Source: Vicinamibacterales bacterium (GTDB lineage: Bacteria; Acidobacteriota; Vicinamibacteria; Vicinamibacterales; UBA8438). From it: a stretch of DNA of 64,000 nucleotides. Below are positions 56,763 through 64,000 of this stretch, one piece after another. Position numbers and translations under genes: made by a program. The DNA lies in the NCBI GenBank assembly GCA_965197375.1, contig CBDAMZ010000010.1:384844-448843 (forward strand), in the 5' to 3' direction. Numbering within the stretch: position 1 is the first letter of the stretch; every line of letters begins with the position of its first letter. The notes beneath the pieces are model-generated. The model searched no databases. It was not told the origin of the DNA and saw nothing but the letters and a program-made list of their open reading frames with translations.

Positions 56763-59700
56763 TTATTCCGTGCGGAGAGCTTCGAGGGGTGGAGACCTTA
56801 CTGCAGCTATCGTCGCGGTAAGTGACGCCGTCAAGCCAGCCAGGACGACCACAAGGATCAGCGAACCGAGCGAGAGAACCGGTACTCCCCTTCCCCGTTC
56901 CAGCCAGGCTGGCGCGACGGCCACGACCGCGCACACCGTGCCGGCCACCAGTCCGGCAAACAGCAACAGTGTGTTCTCCGCCAACACCAATAGCGAGAGG
57001 TGGCCGACATTGTACCCAACTGCCCTGAGAAGCGCCAGCTCCCGCCGGCGCTCGAGCACGTTCCGCAACAGCACGGCGCCGAGCCCGAAGGTGCCAAGGA
57101 TCAGGCCGAGCCCCCCGAGCATCTGGAACGTCGCGAGATAGGTGTTCTCGACTCTATGGAACGCGGCGAGACGCTCCGCGGCCGAGACAACGTCGAAGCC
57201 GAAGTCTATCAGGCGGTCCTCGAGCACCGCGGCGACCTCGGGGGCCCGCTCCGGTGCAACATCGATAAAAAAGGCACGATAACCGTCGTGGTCGGGGAAC
57301 ACCCGCGTAAAGTGATGCTCAGCGACCAAAAGTTCCCGCTGGAAGATACTGTCGGAAAGTACCGCGACGATCCGAAGTCGTATCGGTCGATCAGTATCGC
57401 GGTGCAACACGAAGTCATCGCCAACCGAAAGGTGGAGGGCGTAAGTCAATGACGTTGCGTCAGCGATCGCCGGAATCGCCCCGTCGGCAAACTCGCGGTT
57501 CAGTAATAACCAGGGGTTCTCTGACTCCTCTGGTGCCGCGGCTATCGTCGCCCCGAACGCAAACCGGCCGGCTTGGACGAACGCATCTGTCGGGGCAAGG
57601 ATACGCGGGTCCTTCGCCTGATAGAGGTTGAGACAGCTGGCGTCCTCACCAGGCCGGACACGAAATCGTGTCAGGGTCACGCCTTCGAGCGGCCCGCCGT
57701 CGTACAAGTCAGACAGGTTCAACGCGTCGCGGCCGCTATCGGTCGCCGGATCATGCGCGATCGGGAGCAGCGTCTCAGCCAGCAAGGTGAAACCACCGGT
57801 CCCGGACTGCGGGTCCAGTTCAACTTCACCGCCCTCGCGGCGGAACGTATCGACGGCGACGATGATGAACACGGCCGAGGCAATCAGGGCGATGCTCAAC
57901 ACGCTGCGGCCCGGGCGATAGCTTGCGTTCCGGAAACCGACTTGAGAGAGAGACCATGGGCCCGTGGTGTGACGGCTCGGCCTGGCGTGCAACCATGCCC
58001 ACGCGAAGGTCAGCATAGCGCACAGCAGAAACAGCCCACCGCCAAAAAAGCCCTCCGTCTCACCCAGTACCTCGAACAAGGCAAGCACCACGAGCCCGAG
58101 ACCCAACGCCGTCAACGTGAGCCCGACGGTCCAGGCACGAGATTGTGCGGGGGGCACGGAGACACCACCGCTCACCGGTGCCCCCGTCGCCTCGGAGACC
58201 GTACCCGAGAGCAGGCTCCGCGGAGACGCCGGTGCTATGGCCCTGAACGTCCACGCAATCGACCCGAAGGCGGCAAGAATTCCGCCAGCGGCACCACTCG
58301 TCAGGACCGCCGGAGAAATGTGCAACGTCAACCGCGTCGTGCCAACCGCGTCCACCCATAGTGTTCGCAAACCCCACATAATAAGATCAGCGTACGCGAT
58401 CGCGCCGACCACGCCGAGGACGCTGCCGGCCACCGACAACACAAACGCCTCGACCCAAAACAGGCCACGAATTGACACGGCCGGGAATCCGGTCGCGCGC
58501 AGGACGCCGATCTCCTTCAGTCGCTGTTCGATTCCGAGCCGGAAAAAAAGACCGGCGAGCAGTAGTGCCGACACCACCAAGAAGAAGCTGAAGTAGATGA
58601 AGTACAGCCCGAAATCTGTCGCTCCGGCTGACGCCTCAAGCGCCAGCGTCCGGGCTGGATAAACGACAAAGCCGGTCGCCATCGGGTCGAGCAACGACCG
58701 GAAGATGGCGCGAAACTGCTCGCGAGACGTTGCTAGGTTCGCTCCGTTCGGTGGGAAGAGGCGTACGGACGTAAGCTGGCCCCACCGCGACGCCCATAAA
58801 CTCTGGCCCGCGTCTAGCGGGATGAAGGCCTTTGGCGTCGTTCGATAGTCGTCCCAGTAGTCTTCGTCTTGAGACCGAATCAGGCCGAGGTCGATCTCAA
58901 AGGGCGGATCCCACGCCATAACATCATTGGCTTCGGTAATCCCTGGGTAGACCGGCGCCAAGTCACGGTCGGCGGCCAGGCCTTCGATGGGCACGATGTC
59001 GGCAACCCGCCATGCCGTCTCGCGTGTCGATAGGCGCCCCTCATCTTCCCAAACGTAGTACTTGACCGTGAGCGTGTCTCCCAGCGCAGCATCGAGATCG
59101 TCGGCGGCCCATGTGTTTAAAACGACCGGCGTTGGCTGACCGGGCGCCGCCGTGATCTCCTCCCCCGTCAGAACCGCCAAGCGAAGCGCGGTAACTAGCG
59201 AGTAGGGGATCAGGCGATTGCCCACCCGGAGCTGGGTCGCGAGGTAAGTGAGCACCGGCTCCGCACGGAACCCGAGCCGCTGGGCCGTGGCCTCCACGGC
59301 CGCGACGGCTTGGTCATTGATGAGACCGGCCGCCGACTCCACCGCGAACGTGTCGTGCGCGGGCAGCGGTCGGAGCCGAAGGCCCAGGTCCTCCAACGTC
59401 GCAGCATCTCGCACAGCAGCCTCGGCGGTCGCCAGTCGCACCATCGCGTTCCGGTTCTCCAGTGACTGGCCGCCGACCCCGAGCAAAATTGTGTTAACCT
59501 GGCCCTCTTGCTCTAGCTCCCCTTGGAGCCGTGTCAGCGGCACGAACACGGACCGCGCCAGCCCCTGCTGGGGCCGGAACGAGAACTCGCCCAGCTCACC
59601 GGCGGACAGCACTCCTTCAATGCCGAGCCGCAGGGTACGACCAACGTCGTCGCGCTGCCCGTGAAGAGTGCTGATAGGCACGGCCGAAGGCTTCTCCACA

Positions 59701-60176
59701 CGGACGAGCAACGTCTGGCCGATCTCGGCGTCGAGCTCACGAGCTAGGCCCTCGCTGATGAACGCGGTGTTCAGCTCGAGCGCATGCGAGCCCGGGGATC
59801 GGCCGTGGAACTCCCAGAACCGATCGTCGACACCATAGACCTGGATGCCGAAAGCGCGGCTGCCGGTCTCCTGATGGGTCGCGAAGCCTTCGACGGTAAC
59901 CATTGGCACAGCCCCGGCGAAGATCTCAGCCATCTCATCGTCAGACATCAGGTCCTCTGCCATGGTCTCGCGAACGAAGCCGCGGCTGGTGATAACCTGG
60001 TCGATTGCTCCGAGCCGCTCGAGTGCCATGTCACGCAGACTGGCCCGCACCGACGACCCAACCAACAGCGCACCGGCGAGCACCGCCACCGCCACCGCGA
60101 CGCCAATCACGACGACGATGTTTGTACGCCAGAAGTGAGTGAGACTACGGTAAATGAGTGTGAACATCACCATCAC
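56763..60176 (-). CDS. ABC transporter permease, duplicated FtsX/MacB-type (1137 aa)
   Basis: The N-terminus YRSLTHFWRTNIVVVIGVAVAVAVLAGALLVGSSVRASL is typical of FtsX-family permeases. Two TM bundles (FtsX domains) are separated by large extracytoplasmic regions. It lies adjacent to a MacB/LolD-type ATPase. Confidence 0.85.
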   Translation of the reverse strand: MMVMFTLIYRSLTHFWRTNIVVVIGVAVAVAVLAGALLVGSSVRASLRDMALERLGAIDQVITSRGFVRETMAEDLMSDDEMAEIFAGAVPMVTVEGFATHQETGSRAFGIQVYGVDDRFWEFHGRSPGSHALELNTAFISEGLARELDAEIGQTLLVRVEKPSAVPISTLHGQRDDVGRTLRLGIEGVLSAGELGEFSFRPQQGLARSVFVPLTRLQGELEQEGQVNTILLGVGGQSLENRNAMVRLATAEAAVRDAATLEDLGLRLRPLPAHDTFAVESAAGLINDQAVAAVEATAQRLGFRAEPVLTYLATQLRVGNRLIPYSLVTALRLAVLTGEEITAAPGQPTPVVLNTWAADDLDAALGDTLTVKYYVWEDEGRLSTRETAWRVADIVPIEGLAADRDLAPVYPGITEANDVMAWDPPFEIDLGLIRSQDEDYWDDYRTTPKAFIPLDAGQSLWASRWGQLTSVRLFPPNGANLATSREQFRAIFRSLLDPMATGFVVYPARTLALEASAGATDFGLYFIYFSFFLVVSALLLAGLFFRLGIEQRLKEIGVLRATGFPAVSIRGLFWVEAFVLSVAGSVLGVVGAIAYADLIMWGLRTLWVDAVGTTRLTLHISPAVLTSGAAGGILAAFGSIAWTFRAIAPASPRSLLSGTVSEATGAPVSGGVSVPPAQSRAWTVGLTLTALGLGLVVLALFEVLGETEGFFGGGLFLLCAMLTFAWAWLHARPSRHTTGPWSLSQVGFRNASYRPGRSVLSIALIASAVFIIVAVDTFRREGGEVELDPQSGTGGFTLLAETLLPIAHDPATDSGRDALNLSDLYDGGPLEGVTLTRFRVRPGEDASCLNLYQAKDPRILAPTDAFVQAGRFAFGATIAAAPEESENPWLLLNREFADGAIPAIADATSLTYALHLSVGDDFVLHRDTDRPIRLRIVAVLSDSIFQRELLVAEHHFTRVFPDHDGYRAFFIDVAPERAPEVAAVLEDRLIDFGFDVVSAAERLAAFHRVENTYLATFQMLGGLGLILGTFGLGAVLLRNVLERRRELALLRAVGYNVGHLSLLVLAENTLLLFAGLVAGTVCAVVAVAPAWLERGRGVPVLSLGSLILVVVLAGLTASLTATIAAVRSPPLEALRTE

Positions 60177-60240
60177 AAGCAGGCGCTCGGTACTAGACTT
60201 TTGAGCTCCGAAGCCTGGAGGCTAGGGTCTTAGGACTCAC

Positions 60241-60906
60241 CTAGATCTTCTCCAACCGCTGGTCCTTCAACCGATATCGGATCGGACACCGCGCCGCCAG
60301 CTCGAGATTGTGCGTGACGATCACCAGGATGTTATTTTGTCGCCGCTGCAGCTCGAACAGCAACGCGGCTATCGTGTCGGCCGAGCCACGATCGAGGTTT
60401 CCGGTGGGCTCGTCGCACAGCACGAGCAGCGGTTGCTGGATCAGGGCGCGCGCGAGGGCAACGCGCTGTCTTTCACCGCCGGACAGCTCGGCCGGACGAT
60501 GGTCCATCCGCGCCTTGAGTCCCACGTGATCGAGCAGTGACACGGCCCGCTCGTTGACCGCTGCATCCGGTTCGCTCACCAGTGTCGGCACCAAAACATT
60601 TTCGAGTACCGTGCATTGCGGTAGCAGTAAGTGGTCCTGAAAGACGAAGCCGACCTTGCGATTGCGGAAGCTGGCGAGCGCACGCTCCGGGAGCGCGAAC
60701 GGGTCGGTACCTTCGAGCGTTACCGTACCCGCCGTTGGTGGCTCAAGCGCACCGATGATATAGAGGAGCGTGCTTTTCCCGCTCCCCGACGGCCCCATGA
60801 TCGAAGCGGCGTCCCCCCGCGACAGGGAAAAGGACACATCCGACAGAATGGACAGTGGTCCCCGGAGCGTAGGGTACTGCTTCGCGAGGTTCTGGACCTG
60901 CAACAA
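60241..60906 (-). CDS. ABC transporter ATP-binding protein (MacB/LolD/FtsE-like)
   Basis: [11 protein letters not shown] (Walker A), [15 protein letters not shown] (signature), [13 protein letters not shown] (Walker B) and VTHN (H-loop). Confidence 0.93.
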   Translation of the reverse strand: MLQVQNLAKQYPTLRGPLSILSDVSFSLSRGDAASIMGPSGSGKSTLLYIIGALEPPTAGTVTLEGTDPFALPERALASFRNRKVGFVFQDHLLLPQCTVLENVLVPTLVSEPDAAVNERAVSLLDHVGLKARMDHRPAELSGGERQRVALARALIQQPLLVLCDEPTGNLDRGSADTIAALLFELQRRQNNILVIVTHNLELAARCPIRYRLKDQRLEKI

Positions 60907-60914
60907 CGGAACCC

Positions 60915-62345
60915 TTACGACGCCATCTGAAACGCCCGTGGCCGAAAGAGGAAATCGACGATGTTGCCTTCGTGTGGCTGGAACCAGTTAAGCTGGATCG
61001 TCGGGATGGGGCCAAAGTTCAAGCGATCGACGTTCTTCGCGTCGAGCAGCGTACGTCGAAATGCCTCGTCCTTAGTAATGACCGTGGCGACCAATGTCGA
61101 GCCGATCGATGCGATCATCTTATTCTGCGAGCACTCCACGACCGTGACAAACGGGAACATGTATTCCTTCTTCGCCATCGTCGCGTCCGACGACGCGCAG
61201 CACACCACGGTCGGCTGAAGGTAGTCGCACCGCTCTCGCGACACCAAGCGGCCGCCGTCGTGGTATCTGGCGGTGGCTTCCTCGACTCCTGACTCCTGCA
61301 GCGCCGCGTCGATGTCGCTCGAAATCGCCTTGGCTTGCCCGGGAACGGTAAACGCTGCCAGAGCCGCTTCAGAGTCATCCGGCGGCTTCGGCCGGATCGG
61401 CCCGAGGCGCTCGGCGAGCGCCTCGGCGATCGCCTTCGCGTGACGTGGCGTCCAAATACCGGAACAATTGATACAGCTGCGCCCGCTGTTGACAAGCACG
61501 CTGTCGACCATCAAATCGAGGTACCTCTCCCAGTTGTCAGCCTCGTCGTCACCCAGCAGGATCTTGCTAAATCCCGGACCGTGGACCTGCACACTCGGGT
61601 TGCTGGCGTACTGCTCGACAGTCGCCGTCCCGCCAAAAATGAGGCTACGCAGGCAATGATTGAGTACCGCCGCGCCGACGTCACCAAGTCCTGGATAGAG
61701 CGAAATCGACTCGCGGGGCACACCCGCCTGGAAGAACGCCTGCGTCATACGCCACGGGGTCCACGGCTCTTGTGGCCCCGGTTTGAGCACGAGGCCGATC
61801 TGAAGCGGGATAACCGGCAGCCACAGGCTGTGCACGCCAGGCGAGTTCGACGGCAGCACCATGCCAAGCGCGGGGGTCGTCGCCTGATAGCTACGCATCA
61901 CGCCGTCCTCCTCGCCGTAGCCATGGGAGAGGATCGCGGGGTCGAGACGGCGCGTGAGCGAGGCAAGGATCTCGTCAAGGTGATCCAGCACGTACCGGAG
62001 CTTCTCCATGTTCATGCGGCACATATGTTCCGGGAGCCCGGTAGTGGCCGACTGTTGCCGCACAAAGTCATCTGGCGTCTGACTCCCGTCTCCAAGCGGA
62101 AGCTCGGCTGACGCGAAGAGTTCCGCCGCTTTTGTGACCTGCGTCAGCAACTCGCCGGCAGGCACCTCGCGCAGCACCTCACGCGCGCGTGGCGCCTTGC
62201 GCATGTCGCGCGCCACGAGGCCCGGGTTCGCCTGGCTCACCTCGGCTACTGGCTCGCCGGTATCGAAATGGACGACCTCGTTGACCTCGAGACTTCGGTA
62301 AGGCTCCCCCCACCGCAAGACCGGAAAATGAATCACCGTGCTCAC
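60915..62345 (-). CDS. aldehyde dehydrogenase-fold protein, LuxC-like acyl-CoA reductase candidate
   Basis: LVLKPGPQEPWTP, LIFGGTATVEQY, GFSKILLGDD, VNSGRSCINCSG (catalytic Cys block), EYMFPFVTVVEC and the C-terminal QPHEGNIVDFL parallel the LuxC layout as I remember it. The GTG starts at 62345 or 62336 are preferred over the longest ORF (62480), which has a His/Gly/Cys-rich leader. Confidence 0.7.
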   Translation of the reverse strand: MSTVIHFPVLRWGEPYRSLEVNEVVHFDTGEPVAEVSQANPGLVARDMRKAPRAREVLREVPAGELLTQVTKAAELFASAELPLGDGSQTPDDFVRQQSATTGLPEHMCRMNMEKLRYVLDHLDEILASLTRRLDPAILSHGYGEEDGVMRSYQATTPALGMVLPSNSPGVHSLWLPVIPLQIGLVLKPGPQEPWTPWRMTQAFFQAGVPRESISLYPGLGDVGAAVLNHCLRSLIFGGTATVEQYASNPSVQVHGPGFSKILLGDDEADNWERYLDLMVDSVLVNSGRSCINCSGIWTPRHAKAIAEALAERLGPIRPKPPDDSEAALAAFTVPGQAKAISSDIDAALQESGVEEATARYHDGGRLVSRERCDYLQPTVVCCASSDATMAKKEYMFPFVTVVECSQNKMIASIGSTLVATVITKDEAFRRTLLDAKNVDRLNFGPIPTIQLNWFQPHEGNIVDFLFRPRAFQMAS

Positions 62346-62440
62346 GTCTCCCGGTGTTCCGTCACAGTAACCCGTGGCATAAGGCCTGGCCGCTGATCCC
62401 GAGCCGCATCCGGCCCGCGAAAAGCACGCCGACGCTGTGG

Positions 62441-62956
62441 CTAGATTCCCTCCTCGACCATGATGGTGATCGTCGCGCACAGCCCTTCAATCGTTCGATG
62501 CTCATCGTCTCCCAGCTGCAGCGCGAACGTGTGCTCTCCCGGATCGAGCTGCATCCCGATCGTGTTGGACCCGTCGCCGAAGTGTACCCACGGGTCGGCC
62601 TTCGGGATGAGTTCACCCACTGACAGACACTCGGCGTTGACACCCAGGTGGTGGTGGCCCACCCCTGGACGCACTTGCTCGACCGTCTCCGGCAGCGGTG
62701 AGATCTCATAGTTCTCAATCCCGAACTCGAACGCAATCGGCTGCTCAGCCGGGAGCATGCCCCCGTCTTGGGGCGCAACAAAGAACACGCGCGGTCCGCC
62801 AGTCAGCTCAGGCTCCGCTGGTTCTTCCATGACAGACTCCGTCGATTCTTCCATGGCCGGCTCCGGTACCTCACCTCCGCTGCAGGCGACAACGATGGCA
62901 AGCGAAAGCGCCACCAGCCACCCTCGGGACATAAACAACGACTTCCATGTACACAT
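62441..62956 (-). CDS. DUF4399-like lipoprotein
   Basis: The ATG at 62956 directly follows AAGGGAGGAAGG. Lipobox LAIVVAC followed by an acidic linker. RPGVGHHHLGV..VHFGDGSNTIGMQLDPGEHTFALQLGDDEH resembles the DUF4399 HHH block (from memory). Confidence 0.6.
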   Translation of the reverse strand: MCTWKSLFMSRGWLVALSLAIVVACSGGEVPEPAMEESTESVMEEPAEPELTGGPRVFFVAPQDGGMLPAEQPIAFEFGIENYEISPLPETVEQVRPGVGHHHLGVNAECLSVGELIPKADPWVHFGDGSNTIGMQLDPGEHTFALQLGDDEHRTIEGLCATITIMVEEGI

Positions 62957-63024
62957 GCCTTCCTCCCTTGCTCCCATAACCTTGGACCCCTGAACACTGG
63001 GCATTTTGAAGCTTCTAAAACTCA

Positions 63025-64000
63025 CTAGTACACTCCCACCGTCGTCGACGAAGCGAGCTCGCTGAAGGGACGCACCCCGCTCACGCCATCCCATGGATAG
63101 AGCTCACACGGGGGCTCACGCTCACCTTCGTCACGTTCAAGAAAACCCGGCACGAAGAACTCCTTGGTCAACGTGGTGAGCATAACCCGGCCGGTCTCGC
63201 CGTGCTCTATCAGGCGACTAGGATCGTCTGGATCGACCACCTGAAGGACAGCGCGCGGTTGGGGAGCGTAATAGGTGATCTTATAACCATTCTCCGGCCC
63301 ACTGGGTGGGCTGGCCGCCAGTCCCATCAGCGTATTGCCATAGGTCGGTGTCATGTAGACGCCGCCCAGCAGCTCCTCGTGCGCAAACCGGTTCCACTGC
63401 GGGGTAAACTCCGTGCCACCGGCAAAGATTCCGGTAATGCCGGCGTCCTTGATGCTTGACCCGTCCGCCTCAAGCCGATTCGCCAGCGCCTCGATTAACT
63501 TCGGCGTCGAGAACAGACACTTGATGTCGTGCCCCGCCGAAAGAACCGTGATGGCCTGCTCAACGACATGGTTCTGATACGCCGCAAGGTGATCCATCCA
63601 ACCTTTCTTGATCAGCTTGATCACCCAGCGGGGGTCGAGATCGACACAGAAACAGATGCCGCCGCGATATTGCGCGAGATGCTCGACGGCGAGCCGGAGC
63701 CGGCGGGGACCGCTCGGCCCGAGCATCAGCCAGTTCGAGCCGCGTGGGAAGCGGTCATTCGGTAACGTCGTGGAGAACAACTCGTAGTCGATGCGGAAAT
63801 CGTCGATCGCGATTCGGCTCTTAGGAATACCCGTTGTGCCGCCGGTCTCAAACACGTAAATTGGCCGGTCGGCATAGGCCCTGGGCACCCAGCGCCGAAG
63901 CGGCCCGCCCCTTAGCCACTCGTCTTCGAAATGCCCGAGCTTGGCGAGATCGGCAAAGCTGCGAACGTCTCGCCGCGGATCCAGCCCCACTTTCTCAGCC
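63025..64000 (-). CDS. ANL-superfamily adenylating enzyme, LuxE/PaaK-like (5' end beyond window)
   Basis: The frame is still open at base 64000. P-loop-like YVFETGGTTGIPKS, IFAGGTEFTPQW, and C-terminal VVDPDDPSRLIEHGETGRVMLTT..ERDEG resembling LuxE. It lacks the PaaK C-terminal RxDDMxxxRGxN block. Confidence 0.65.
   Translation of the reverse strand, partial: AEKVGLDPRRDVRSFADLAKLGHFEDEWLRGGPLRRWVPRAYADRPIYVFETGGTTGIPKSRIAIDDFRIDYELFSTTLPNDRFPRGSNWLMLGPSGPRRLRLAVEHLAQYRGGICFCVDLDPRWVIKLIKKGWMDHLAAYQNHVVEQAITVLSAGHDIKCLFSTPKLIEALANRLEADGSSIKDAGITGIFAGGTEFTPQWNRFAHEELLGGVYMTPTYGNTLMGLAASPPSGPENGYKITYYAPQPRAVLQVVDPDDPSRLIEHGETGRVMLTTLTKEFFVPGFLERDEGEREPPCELYPWDGVSGVRPFSELASSTTVGVY

Overview
This is a high-GC bacterial chromosomal segment that is densely coding. 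I call 48 protein genes and recognised no rRNA, tRNA, CRISPR array, transposase or integrase. Three groups dominate. (1) Exported peptidases and beta-propellers: two M28/PA aminopeptidases, a tricorn-like protease, oligopeptidase B, four PQQ-like/BamB-like propellers and a PD40 protein. (2) Housekeeping genes: enolase, Aat, ApaG, a ParC/ParE-like type IIA topoisomerase pair, two exported cyclophilins, a Nudix CoA pyrophosphatase and a transsulfuration PLP enzyme. (3) Transporters: TAXI-TRAP, DUF3311 plus a sodium:solute symporter, MATE, and a MacB/FtsX-type ABC system. From about 26.6 to 46.6 kb the genes are nearly all on the + strand, and from 46.7 kb to the end nearly all on the - strand. 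The most interesting candidates, in order: (a) a tight operon at 36.3-39.9 kb encoding a chorismate-lyase-like protein, a CndH/PltA-type flavin-halogenase-like protein, a 4HBT thioesterase and a PaaK-type ligase, with no carrier protein, flanked by a HemN-like radical SAM gene and a TAXI-TRAP importer; (b) a LuxC-like/LuxE-like acid-reductase pair without luciferase at 60.9-64 kb, co-directional with a MacB-type ABC exporter and a crotonase, running off the window edge; (c) an orphan DGQHR (DndB/ParB-like) gene with visibly lower GC and no DNA-modification partners; (d) a single-polypeptide ACP-FAAL-acyltransferase; (e) several non-coding oddities: twin ATCC-N8-GGAT palindromes, a C8/G7-clamped 120-nt hairpin in a 0.5-kb low-GC gap, and a structured leader ahead of the ParE-like gene. 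All functional calls rest on motifs read by eye and remembered family signatures. No database search was run.
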